The position numbers and the translations under genes are program-made. Below are positions 1-9,245 of a stretch of DNA of 64,000 nt, piece by piece; the first letter of the stretch is position 1; each line of letters begins with the position of its first letter. Origin of the DNA: an uncultured Desulfovibrionaceae bacterium (GTDB taxonomy: Bacteria > Bacillota > Dethiobacteria > DTU022 > UBA8154); NCBI GenBank assembly GCA_964603615.1, contig CAZRVU010000006.1:12249-76248 (forward strand). Direction: 5' to 3'. The notes below the pieces were generated by a model that ran no database searches, was not told where the DNA came from, and saw only the letters and a program-made list of their open reading frames with translations.

Positions 1-1342
1 GGCTGGTCAGTACACCCTGCGAAGACACAATGCCATGTATATCGTCCGGGGTAGTTTCCAAACGCACGAGGATCACGCTCTCTCCTTCTTGACCTTTCTT
101 TTCGGCTGTATCAGCATCAAAAACAACTTTCCCCATAGCTGCCCCGGGTGATGCAGGCAATCCTTTGGTCAGAACCTCTATCTCTGCTGCCGGATCGATG
201 CGTTGGTGTAATAACTGAACTAATTGTGCGGGTTCTACCTTCAAGAGGGCTTCTTCTTTAGTGGAGATACCCTCCCGTACAAAATCAACAGCGATCTTTA
301 CAGCCGCTTCAGCCGTTCTTTTACCATTCCTTGTTTGCAGTATGTAGAGCTTACCTTTTTCCATTGTAAGTTCAATATCTTGCATATCCCGGTAATGTTT
401 TTCTAAAGTCGAACAGATGGATATAAATTCTTCATAAATATGTGAAAAATTTTTCTTTAAAATCGAAATAGGCAGCGGCGTCCGTATTCCTGCCACCACA
501 TCTTCTCCCTGGGCATTGAAAAGAAATTCACCGTAAAGCTGATTATCGCCGGTAGCAGGGTTTCTGGTAAAAGCCACGCCTGAACCGCTGTCTTCTCCTA
601 GATTACCAAAAACCATCGCCTGAACATTAACGGCTGTTCCCAGGTGATCGGGAATTTGATTCAAACGGCGGTATACAACGGCCCGCGGGGTATTCCATGA
701 AGCGAAAACTGCTTTAATTGCTTCTAATAACTGAGCATGGGGGTCTTGAGGAAAAGCATCACCGCTTTCTTTTGCAATAATCTGTTGATAACGCTCCACT
801 ACCTTTTCCCAGCCATCAAGAGGCAGTTGTTGATCCTTTTTAACTTGGTAATCCTGTTTACACTTTTCAAGAACCCGTTCAAAATGGTTATGTTCTATTT
901 TCAAAACAACATCTCCGTACATCTGTAAGAAACGCCGGTAACAATCCAGGGCAAAAGCTTTGTTGCCGGTAGCAGTTGCCAGGGAATCCATCGTTCTTTC
1001 ATTTAAACCCAAATTTAGAATAGTATCCATCATCCCGGGCATAGAAAAATAAGCACCGGAGCGAATCGAAAGCAATAAAGGGTTTTCCGGGTTACCCAAT
1101 TCCTTACCCGTTTGCTGCTCTAGCTTTTGCAAGGCTTTAAAAACCTCGGCTTTAAATTCCTCAGAAAGGGCCTCTTCCTGCCGGTAATATTCATTGCAGG
1201 CCTCCGTAGTAACAGTAAAACCCGGCGGTACCGGCATCCCTAAACGGGTCATCTCAGCTAAATTGGCTCCTTTCCCTCCTAGTAACTTTTTCATTTCCAT
1301 ATTTCCTTCGGTAAACATATAAACCTGTTTATAATTGCTCAT
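1..1342 (-). CDS. ppdK: Pyruvate, phosphate dikinase, N-terminal part (runs off the window edge; absent from the ORF track)
   Basis: Manual translation from ATG at 1342: MSNYKQVYMFTEGNMEMKKLLGGKGANLAEMTRLGMPVPPGFTVTTEAC...; near position 1: VILVRLETTPDDIHGIVSSQGVLTS. The start overlaps the ppsR stop. Confidence 0.96.
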   Translation of the reverse strand, partial: MSNYKQVYMFTEGNMEMKKLLGGKGANLAEMTRLGMPVPPGFTVTTEACNEYYRQEEALSEEFKAEVFKALQKLEQQTGKELGNPENPLLLSIRSGAYFSMPGMMDTILNLGLNERTMDSLATATGNKAFALDCYRRFLQMYGDVVLKIEHNHFERVLEKCKQDYQVKKDQQLPLDGWEKVVERYQQIIAKESGDAFPQDPHAQLLEAIKAVFASWNTPRAVVYRRLNQIPDHLGTAVNVQAMVFGNLGEDSGSGVAFTRNPATGDNQLYGEFLFNAQGEDVVAGIRTPLPISILKKNFSHIYEEFISICSTLEKHYRDMQDIELTMEKGKLYILQTRNGKRTAEAAVKIAVDFVREGISTKEEALLKVEPAQLVQLLHQRIDPAAEIEVLTKGLPASPGAAMGKVVFDADTAEKKGQEGESVILVRLETTPDDIHGIVSSQGVLTS

Positions 1343-2159
1343 TTTTCTCCGCCTCCTTAACTGCATATAATATTTTACTGGCCACCTCTTCCACTGCCTT
1401 GTTGGAAACATCAAAAATCTGGCATCGCAAACGATGCATGATCCGGCGGGAATAGTCCAATTCTTCCATAATCCTATCCAAATTTGCATAATAAGCTTTG
1501 GCTGTTAACCCCAGGGCATTTAACCTTTCTTGTCGAATTTCCCGTAAGATGACAGGATCTAGGGTTAGACCAATTATCTTGCGGGAGGGAAGCCAAAACA
1601 GCTCTGGCGGAGGTTCCACCTCGGGAATAATGGGCAAATTGGCTACCCGCAGTTTACGCTGAGCAAGATACATACTCAAAGGTGTTTTAGATGTTCGCGA
1701 TACCCCAATGAGAACAACATCTGCTTGCAGCAAACCGCGTGAATCCTTACCATCATCATGTTTGACGGCAAATTCTATTGCGCCCACCCGCCGAAAATAG
1801 TTCTCATCCAGGCGCCGGATTAAACCTGGCTCTAGACGGGGATCTACCGGCATAATTTTGGAGAAGGCGTCCAGCATGGGTCCCATGACATCCACAATGG
1901 GCAAGTTATACTTTTTTGCCTCTAGATTGATAGACTGTCTTAAGTGGGGTAAAACCAACGTATATGCTATCATGCCTTTTCGATCTGCAACTTCCTGGAC
2001 CAGTTCCCGCAAGCGTTCTATATCGGTTAAAAAAGGTTCCCGGCGTAGCTCTACCTGTTCTGAATTAAACTGACTGGCCACAGCATTAACGACAAATTCA
2101 GCCGTTTCTCCGATAGAGTCAGAAACGATATAAACAAGCGGTTTTCTTTTTTCTGGCAA
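1329..2159 (-). CDS. ppsR: PEP synthase/PPDK regulatory kinase-pyrophosphorylase (DUF299)
   Basis: VSDSIGETAE, DDGKD, GVSRTSKTPLSMYLA motifs; adjacent to ppdK. Confidence 0.93.
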   Translation of the reverse strand: MPEKRKPLVYIVSDSIGETAEFVVNAVASQFNSEQVELRREPFLTDIERLRELVQEVADRKGMIAYTLVLPHLRQSINLEAKKYNLPIVDVMGPMLDAFSKIMPVDPRLEPGLIRRLDENYFRRVGAIEFAVKHDDGKDSRGLLQADVVLIGVSRTSKTPLSMYLAQRKLRVANLPIIPEVEPPPELFWLPSRKIIGLTLDPVILREIRQERLNALGLTAKAYYANLDRIMEELDYSRRIMHRLRCQIFDVSNKAVEEVASKILYAVKEAEKNEQL

Positions 2160-2241
2160 GGCCGGGAAAACACCTCCTTTTTACTTTACAATTTATTTTA
2201 TTCTACCCTTGATAAAATAATCCTTCATAAATATATCATAA

Positions 2242-4344
2242 CTAACCCGTGGGAAAAATGATTTTCGAAAAATCGGCCAACTGTAAATAAAGATTTTTGA
2301 TCGACAGCAATAAAGCCAATCTATTGGCACGGATTCTTTCATCCTCCACCATTACTAGCACTTCATCAAAAAAAGTATCCAAGGGGTTTTTTAAGGCCGC
2401 CAGGGCCTTTAGTGTTGCTGCTAAATCATGACTGGCCCAACTATCTTCCACCTTTTTTCTAGTGCTCAGGTACTGCTGGTAAAGCTCTTTTTCCTCCTTT
2501 TCCTGCAGGAGCCCCGGCATATATTCAACTCCGGGTGTTGCCTGCCGGGCCAAATTTGCAACGCGGGTATAAGCGGCGGCAGCCAAAGCAAGATTATCAT
2601 TTTGACGGCTATCTTGCAAAAAAACGACCTGTTGCCAAAGGGAAGCAATTTTCCCCCGGGGCGTATGCAAGACAGCTTCAATTAAATCATAATCTAGCCC
2701 TCTTTCCTGAAAAAGATGGCGCAACCTCTGCCAGGCAAAATCTTTGATTTGAACAAGCAGTTCTTCCCATGATCGCGCTCCGTTCCCCGAAATTTTACTT
2801 TCTGCGAACAGATTTATAGCTTGCCCCAATAATTCCTCAAATGTTATAGGAAAATCATGTTCCAACAATACCTGTAAAAGCCCAAGGCATTGGCGCCGTA
2901 AGGCATAAGGGTCTTGTGAACCGGTCGGGCGCAACCCCAGGGCAAAAAAAGCAGCCAGGTGGTCCGCCTTATCTGCAAGCGCCACTAAAGCCCCCAGTTT
3001 TGTAAGGGGGAGGTTATCACCGGCAAAACGAGGCAGGTAATGCTCAAAAATTGCACAGGCAACAATTTCATCTTCTCCAGATTGAAGAGCATACTCCCGG
3101 CCCATGATTCCTTGAAGCTCTGGAAATTCACCGACCATGCTAGTGGCTAAATCTGCCTTACAAAGATAGGCAGCCCGCTGAATAAAATTTTTTTCTGCAG
3201 GGTCAAGGTTTAGGCGTTCTGCCAAAAATTCACAGGTGGCTACCAGGCGTCTGCTTTTATCATAAAGAGTGCCCAGCCCTTCTTGGAAAAGAATCCTTTT
3301 TAATTTTTCCACTTGTTTACCCAGTGGGGTTTTTAAATCTTCGTTATAAAAAAAACGGGCATCAGCCAGACGGGCCTTCAGAACCCTTTCGTTGCCGCTC
3401 CGGACTGTAGCTGCAGGTGCGACACTATTATTAGAAACAGCAATAAAATAAAAAGAAATATTTCCATGCAGATCCTTTAAAGGAAAATACCGCTGGTGGC
3501 TTTGCATCGTTGTGATCAGGACATCCCGCGGTAACTGCAGGTAAGTTTCCGGAAAAGAACAAAATAAAATTTCTGGTTTTTCTACAAGAAAAGTTACCTC
3601 CTCCAATAGGTCCGCATCGATACAGGCCTTTAACCCTTGTTCTGCCGCAGCTAGCTGCACCTTTTCCTTGATTATTTCACGCCGGTGTTCCGGAGTAACC
3701 AACACGCCGGCTGTTTCCAACAACGGCACATAATCCGCCGGCGTTTCAATTGTTAGGGGTTCCGGTGCCAGTATGCGATGTCCTTTCGTTTGATTGCCGG
3801 CGGTTAATCCGCCATAAGTAAAAGGGATGACCTCTGTTCCGTATAAGCACAGCAACCAACGAATTGGCCTGGGAAACTTGACCTTGCTTTCAGGCCAAGA
3901 CATATTTTTAGGAAAGGTTAGGCTTTTTAATAATGTGGGAAGAAGATCTATTAATATCTTTGCTGTTTTTTTACCGGAAATTTTTTTAATAGCAAACAGA
4001 TGTTCACCTTTTTTTGTTTTTTCAAGACGTAGTTCTTCCACTTTTAAGCCCATCTTACTAGCAAATCCCAGGGCAGCTTTAGTGGGTTTTCCTTCCGGGG
4101 TAAAAGCTACCTGGCGCGCCGGGCCTTTGATTTTTTCTTCCTGGCCACGTTGTTCTTCAGCCAAATCCTTGATAAAAAGGACAAAACGACGTGGCGTCCC
4201 CGCAATTGATACATCTTCAAAGTCAAGACGGTATTCCCGGCAAAGCTTACCTGCTTTTTCCTCTAGTTGTTTTAGCCCTGCGTTCATAAAGCGTGCCGGG
4301 ATTTCCTCACAACCTATTTCTAGTAACAAATCATGCACAGCCAT
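2242..4344 (-). CDS. glyS: Glycine-tRNA ligase beta subunit
   Basis: LLLEIGCEEIPARF, GTPRR, FPRPIRWL, EFPELQGIMGREYA, GSQDPYALRR, IRANRLALL. Confidence 0.97.
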   Translation of the reverse strand: MAVHDLLLEIGCEEIPARFMNAGLKQLEEKAGKLCREYRLDFEDVSIAGTPRRFVLFIKDLAEEQRGQEEKIKGPARQVAFTPEGKPTKAALGFASKMGLKVEELRLEKTKKGEHLFAIKKISGKKTAKILIDLLPTLLKSLTFPKNMSWPESKVKFPRPIRWLLCLYGTEVIPFTYGGLTAGNQTKGHRILAPEPLTIETPADYVPLLETAGVLVTPEHRREIIKEKVQLAAAEQGLKACIDADLLEEVTFLVEKPEILFCSFPETYLQLPRDVLITTMQSHQRYFPLKDLHGNISFYFIAVSNNSVAPAATVRSGNERVLKARLADARFFYNEDLKTPLGKQVEKLKRILFQEGLGTLYDKSRRLVATCEFLAERLNLDPAEKNFIQRAAYLCKADLATSMVGEFPELQGIMGREYALQSGEDEIVACAIFEHYLPRFAGDNLPLTKLGALVALADKADHLAAFFALGLRPTGSQDPYALRRQCLGLLQVLLEHDFPITFEELLGQAINLFAESKISGNGARSWEELLVQIKDFAWQRLRHLFQERGLDYDLIEAVLHTPRGKIASLWQQVVFLQDSRQNDNLALAAAAYTRVANLARQATPGVEYMPGLLQEKEEKELYQQYLSTRKKVEDSWASHDLAATLKALAALKNPLDTFFDEVLVMVEDERIRANRLALLLSIKNLYLQLADFSKIIFPTG

Positions 4345-4397
4345 TTATGCGCCTCTTTTCCATATAGGCTTGTTTTCTTTTGACACAGTGTTTTAGC

Positions 4398-5255
4398 TTA
4401 AAGGGAATCCTTTATTACTTGTTGTTCCAGGTAAAATTTCCCACATTGCCGGGCTAACTCCCTGATGCGGGCAATATAGCCGGTCCGCTCTGTAACACTG
4501 ATTGCTCCACGAGCATCAAGCAGATTAAAAGCATGTGAACATTTCAAAATATAATCATAGGCAGGTAAAACAAGTTTCTTGGGGAGCACCCGCCCGGCTT
4601 CCCTTTCATATAGCGAAAAAAGCTTGAGCAACAGATCCGTATCCGCTTCTTCAAAGCTATAAATGGAATGTTCCCGTTCTGCACTTTGGAAAACATCGCC
4701 ATATTTTACCTGCGGTGTCCATTGCAAATCGAAAACATTGTCGCATTTTTGTATAAACATGGCAATACGTTCCAAACCATAAGTCAACTCTACAGGAATG
4801 ACCTCCAGATCATAACCACCCACCTGCTGAAAATAAGTAAATTGTGTAATTTCCATACCATCCAGCCAGATTTCCCAGCCTAGTCCCCAGGCTCCGAGGG
4901 TCGGGGATTCCCAATCATCCTCAACAAAGCGGATATCATGTTCCCGCCCGTCGATGCCCAACTGCAAAAGACTTTTCAGATAAAGATCCTGAATATCCGG
5001 CGGTGCCGGCTTAAGAACAACCTGGTACTGGGTATGTTGATAAAGCCGGTTGGGGTTTTCCCCATAGCGTCCATCCGCTGGACGGCGCGAAGGTTCTACA
5101 TAGGCCACCTTCCAGTGTTCCGGTCCCAGCGCTCTTAAAAAAGTAGCCGGATTCATCGTCCCCGCTCCTTTTTCCACATCGTAGGGCTGCCACAATAGGC
5201 ACCCTTGTCCTGCCCAGAAATCTTGCAGCCTGAGTATCAACTCCTGAAAAGTCAT
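4398..5255 (-). CDS. glyQ: Glycine-tRNA ligase alpha subunit
   Basis: MTFQELIL..., [56 protein letters not shown]. Confidence 0.98.
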   Translation of the reverse strand: MTFQELILRLQDFWAGQGCLLWQPYDVEKGAGTMNPATFLRALGPEHWKVAYVEPSRRPADGRYGENPNRLYQHTQYQVVLKPAPPDIQDLYLKSLLQLGIDGREHDIRFVEDDWESPTLGAWGLGWEIWLDGMEITQFTYFQQVGGYDLEVIPVELTYGLERIAMFIQKCDNVFDLQWTPQVKYGDVFQSAEREHSIYSFEEADTDLLLKLFSLYEREAGRVLPKKLVLPAYDYILKCSHAFNLLDARGAISVTERTGYIARIRELARQCGKFYLEQQVIKDSL

Positions 5256-5274
5256 TTTCTAAACCTCCTTCAAA

Positions 5275-5470
5275 ATAAAAAAACCCTCATCTTTAGGGAC
5301 GGGAAAAATTCCCGCGGTTCCACCCTATTTCCCATGAAGGGCTCTCAAGTTTAAGGGGTATAATTTTTGGAAGGCCTTTCGCCTGGCGTGCCCGGCCGGT
5401 TTTCACCCTTCCGGCTCTCTGCAGCGAGCTAACAGTGCCAGGACTACTTATTCCAAACCCTGTGCTCTTT
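5275..5470 (-). ncRNA. Glycyl T-box riboswitch leader of glyQS
   Basis: T-box sequence AGGGTGGAACCGCG (5326-5313). AG-box/GGTG motifs (CAGAGAGCC...GGGTGAAA). Specifier context GCACGC..CGAAAGGC with the Gly codon GGC at 5376-5374, resembling the B. subtilis glyQS leader. Terminator hairpin plus T-run before glyQ; TTGACA at 5505-5500. Confidence 0.92.
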
Positions 5471-5558
5471 CTTATAAAATTAACAAAAAAAAGAGAAGGT
5501 GTCAAGAGCAGTTAAAAATCCCTTTCTACCTCCTAGATACACTATACACCCTGCAGGT

Positions 5559-5912
5559 TTAGCGCCAATCCATTTCCAAAGAACAACGCGCCAGTAGCAG
5601 GCTTAAGACACCAAGGGAAACCAGACGGGGAAAAGCTGCTGTGCCAAAGACACCGTAAACAAGTGGAATACGCAGCAATGTTCTTTGCTGCCTGTTTATC
5701 TTAATCTGGATATCACTACTTTTTCTAAGGATCTTTTGCCAAAAACTATTGGCTGTCCCGTGAGAGTCAAAAATAATCTTGCCCCCCTCTTCTAAAAAAT
5801 TTGGAACTTTAAAAAGATCACCCCCTATTTTTTCTAACAGTGCAGCGGCTTCTTAATCGCTTAAGCCGGTTTTTCTACTCAATGATTCGATCCAATCCAG
5901 AACTGCCGGCAT
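5559..5912 (-). pseudogene. DUF4342-like protein (UBA-like N-terminus + DUF4342 domain) interrupted by an in-frame TAA at codon 20
   Basis: Manual translation: MPAVLDWIESLSRKTGLSD*EAAALLEKIGGDLF...IQIKINRQQRTLLRIPLVYGVFGTAAFPRLVSLGVLSLLLARCSLEMDWR*; the stop is at 5855-5853. Confidence 0.7.
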
Positions 5913-5978
5913 AATGATCTGGCCCTTTCAATATTTATCCGCAGCCATATTATTTTGCGTCATAATAAAATTATTATG

Positions 5979-6740
5979 CTAAAAATGATTATTTACCTCC
6001 TCCAAAAAGGAGAGACCCTGCAAGGAACCGGCCGTTGTCCAGTACTGCAAAAATTGACCTGTGAAATATTGTAATTCTTTTTTTTGTTTTATCCCCGCCC
6101 TTATTTTTTCAACCCCGGCCATTTTTGCTGTCAATAAATAATTGGCCAGGGCCAGGGTTCCCCTGGTCAGGATCAAGATTTCCCCCCCTTGGGGGCAACA
6201 GCGTCGACAAAAAATAGCACCTTCTTTATTGTTCCAAAGAAAGGGGCCCCGCTTATCCCCACAATACAGGCAATCCGTTAAATGAGGACGGTATCCCAGT
6301 AACAAGAGCAATCTTAATTCAAAATAGCGTGCCAATAACTCTTCATCAACCTTTTTCCCATTTAGACAAAAATAGCATTCTAAAAGAAGATCGAAAATGT
6401 CCGGAACAGGCTGGCCTTCTTCCACTAACTTATCGATGAGCTCACAAAGATACATCCCAAAAGCATAGGATTTAATGTTCCCCCTAATATGGGCAAAGCT
6501 CATTTCTATCTCCAGTTGGTTAACTGTATATAATGATCTACCCCTGTACAATAAATAAACCCCACAGGTAAAATAATCCACCCCCGCCGCCAGTTTGCTT
6601 TTTACCTTACGGGCACCGGGAGCAACGGCAGATAACTTACCCCTTTCCCGGGTCAGAAGGCTTAAAAGCCGATCCCTTTCCCCCAGAGGGCGAGAGCGTA
6701 AAACAAGCGCTTTCGTCTTTAAGAGCCTCAAAAACCTCAC
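5979..6740 (-). CDS. recO: DNA repair protein RecO
   Basis: KALVLRSRPLGERDRLLSLLT..RGK...A.GARK; CxxC...CxxC zinc motif (CLYC, CRRC); position upstream of glyQ. Confidence 0.93.
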   Translation of the reverse strand: MRFLRLLKTKALVLRSRPLGERDRLLSLLTRERGKLSAVAPGARKVKSKLAAGVDYFTCGVYLLYRGRSLYTVNQLEIEMSFAHIRGNIKSYAFGMYLCELIDKLVEEGQPVPDIFDLLLECYFCLNGKKVDEELLARYFELRLLLLLGYRPHLTDCLYCGDKRGPFLWNNKEGAIFCRRCCPQGGEILILTRGTLALANYLLTAKMAGVEKIRAGIKQKKELQYFTGQFLQYWTTAGSLQGLSFLEEVNNHF

Positions 6741-6855
6741 TCTCCCTGCAGCATCCGGAAATAAACCGTTTCTTATGTTTCTCTTAATACTAGTGTGGCA
6801 GCCAATCTTTTGTTTCCATTGTTTTCAGCAGAGCACAAAGATATCCTGGCTCTTG

Positions 6856-7254
6856 CTATTTATCTTGCAAAGTAAAAGGACAGGGCAACAATTCTTCTAA
6901 TGTAAATATTTTAGGTTTCCCCTTTTTACTGGCAACTGCCACCTTTAGTTCCCGGGAAAATTCCCCAAGGACCTGGCGGCAGGCACCACAGGGCAAGGGT
7001 ACGCTATCTCCTTCGGCAGCCAGGGCAAGCAATGAAAAAGAGCGGTAACCTGCAGCAACGGCAGCACAAAGGGCAACCCTTTCCGCACAAATCGTCAGAC
7101 CCAAGGAAGCATTTTCAACATTTACCCCTTTAAATATTTCCCCTTCTGTAGTCAACAATGCTGCCCCAACCCGGTAACCAGAATAGGGAGCATAAGCAAA
7201 AGGGAGCATCTCCCGGGCGAGCTCAAGCAGCTTATCCACTTCCATTTTTGACAT
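6856..7254 (-). CDS. cdd: Cytidine deaminase (start reassigned to the ATG at 7254 after GGAGGA)
   Basis: AYAPYSGYRVGAAL, NVENAS.GLTICAER, PCGACRQ. Confidence 0.96.
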   Translation of the reverse strand: MSKMEVDKLLELAREMLPFAYAPYSGYRVGAALLTTEGEIFKGVNVENASLGLTICAERVALCAAVAAGYRSFSLLALAAEGDSVPLPCGACRQVLGEFSRELKVAVASKKGKPKIFTLEELLPCPFTLQDK

Positions 7255-7264
7255 TCCTCCCAAA

Positions 7265-8317
7265 TTAGTTCCTGTATTGGGGTAGTACAACGTTTTCTTT
7301 TTCTTCAATTTCTACACGAAAATTGCGGTGAAATTCTAAAGAAAAACGAATAATATCCAGGCCACTGGAGAGAACTTCCGGATCGCCCACCGCCTCAATA
7401 AGCACCGGATTGGCTGAAATTTCTTTTTGATTGACACGAATTACCGGGCCTACACAGCGAATCGGTGAGGTCGTGATCAGGCGTTGCCCGCCTACAGCTA
7501 TTCCTTTTGCTCCTGCAGCGAAAAGTTCATTCACCATATCACGAACATCAGTATCGTGGATGAGATCACCAGCGCTATAACCATCCTGACTATCATATAG
7601 TTTGATTAACACCCCTGAACCGGACATTTCTGCCAGGCCCGCAGTAACACGCAATTCATGCATATGAACGCGTAAAGAATCCAATTCTTCACTTAACGCC
7701 TGCACATAATCCAGGGGGTTATAGGGAACCAACATGCGGCTGCGGCCTTCCTCCATTTCTATCCGGAAAACCCTTTCTTGGGCCATACCCCCTTCCAGGT
7801 AAAGATCCCAAATTTCTTCTAACAAATCATCATGCAGCACCGCAGGATCTGCCAATACCCCGTTACTGGGGGAGACCCGTAGGGTAAACTGAACCTTTCC
7901 AGGTTGTCTTTGCAAGCTTTGATCGCGATCGATGAGCGCCAGTATTTTTTCTCGTAAAAGTGCATCCCATTCTTTTAAAATTGTTTCCTGGACTTGACGG
8001 CCATGGGTAAAAAGTAGACGTGCAAGATCAGCACTATCTTGGGCCAGATCTAACTCATAACAAAAGGTGGCCAACTTTTCTTTAACAGAGGTGCGATCCT
8101 GGACACCCAAATCCTGTGCTAAATGTTTGGTATATTCGATCATCTCATCTACCATGACCTGTTTGGGTACTAAGGCAGCCTGTTCATTTTTATCCATAAA
8201 TTGTGTGTAAAAGATCAATAAATTAAACCCAACCAATACTGTATTTAAAATAAGTACTGCTGCCACCAGGAACAGCATTTTTTTATCAGCAACAAGGTAG
8301 CTGGAACCCGGTTTCAT
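7265..8317 (-). CDS. DUF881 domain membrane protein with extended N-terminus
   Basis: AGLAEMSGSGV.I.L.D, IHDTD..DMVNELFAAGAKGIAVGGQRL...SPIRCVGP.I.VN; N-terminal TM helix. Confidence 0.85.
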   Translation of the reverse strand: MKPGSSYLVADKKMLFLVAAVLILNTVLVGFNLLIFYTQFMDKNEQAALVPKQVMVDEMIEYTKHLAQDLGVQDRTSVKEKLATFCYELDLAQDSADLARLLFTHGRQVQETILKEWDALLREKILALIDRDQSLQRQPGKVQFTLRVSPSNGVLADPAVLHDDLLEEIWDLYLEGGMAQERVFRIEMEEGRSRMLVPYNPLDYVQALSEELDSLRVHMHELRVTAGLAEMSGSGVLIKLYDSQDGYSAGDLIHDTDVRDMVNELFAAGAKGIAVGGQRLITTSPIRCVGPVIRVNQKEISANPVLIEAVGDPEVLSSGLDIIRFSLEFHRNFRVEIEEKENVVLPQYRN

Positions 8318-8350
8318 TTTTACAATAGTGCCTCCTCCGTAAAAATAAAA

Positions 8351-8713
8351 TTAAGGGAGATATTTTAGCCTGCCGGCAAAAACAATATAACCAACGACAA
8401 GTGCAAAAATAGCTGCACATAGAACTGCTCCAGCCGCTATATTTTTAGCCAGGCGTGCCAGAGGATGGAGTTCCATTGTTTTCAGGTCAACAGCAGCCTC
8501 GATAGCCGTATTGATCATTTCGGTGACAAAAACCAGCACAATGGCTGTTAGGACAAAAAGAAATTCAAATTTATCCACCTTAAAATATAAAGAAGCCGCC
8601 AAAACTATTGTTGCGCTGATTAAATGTAACCGCATATTTTTTTCCCTGCGCAAGGCAGAGTAAATACCCCGAAAACTATCCCCCAGGCTGCGTATAAACG
8701 GCCTATTTTTCAT
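8351..8713 (-). CDS. dgkA: Diacylglycerol/undecaprenol kinase (DgkA family)
   Basis: E.NMRLHL, EMINTAIEAAVDL, AKNIAAGAVL. Confidence 0.92.
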   Translation of the reverse strand: MKNRPFIRSLGDSFRGIYSALRREKNMRLHLISATIVLAASLYFKVDKFEFLFVLTAIVLVFVTEMINTAIEAAVDLKTMELHPLARLAKNIAAGAVLCAAIFALVVGYIVFAGRLKYLP

Positions 8714-8798
8714 AATCTTTCATCCTGTCCTCAAGAAATTTTCATTATTTAATAACATTGCTTGTCCCCGCCCGATGCAAGGCAAAATACAGGCATCC

Positions 8799-9245
8799 TT
8801 ACAGTTTAAATTTCTTAAGAACTAGTTCCTTCTTTTCCAGCATTTCTTGCTCTGTTTCCTGGGTATCATGTTCATATCCTAACAGGTGTAGTATCCCGTG
8901 CAGTGCAAGAAATACAACCTCCCGTTCAAAAACATGCCCGTAAATACGGGCTTGTTCCTGCGCTTTTTCCACTGAGATGACAACATCCCCCAGGATTTTT
9001 TCTGCTTCCAAATTTGTAACCTCATCCTCCAAATTAAAAGCCAAAACGTCTGTGGAATAATCCTCCCCCCGGTAGGTAAAATTCAACTCTTGAATATAAC
9101 TATTGTCTACCAGAATGATACTAACCTCACATTTCTGGGATTGCCCCTCTAAGCGCAAAAGAAGATCGCCTGCTTCCTTCAACAAAAGCAAAAGATTTTC
9201 CGATAGTATTATTTTATCTTGTATATCGGTAACCAAGACCGCCAC
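8799..9245 (-). CDS. ybeY: rRNA maturation endoribonuclease YbeY
   Basis: LN..YRGEDYSTDVLAF, LGDVVIS, HGILHLLGYEH zinc motif. Confidence 0.96.
   Translation of the reverse strand: MAVLVTDIQDKIILSENLLLLLKEAGDLLLRLEGQSQKCEVSIILVDNSYIQELNFTYRGEDYSTDVLAFNLEDEVTNLEAEKILGDVVISVEKAQEQARIYGHVFEREVVFLALHGILHLLGYEHDTQETEQEMLEKKELVLKKFKL

Noticed and set aside
5293-5505. 70-aa ORF upstream of glyQ
   Set aside because: It coincides with the T-box leader RNA, which explains the sequence.
6741-6855. yqzL or an era remnant between cdd and recO
   Set aside because: No reading frame resembling either gene was found in the short gap.
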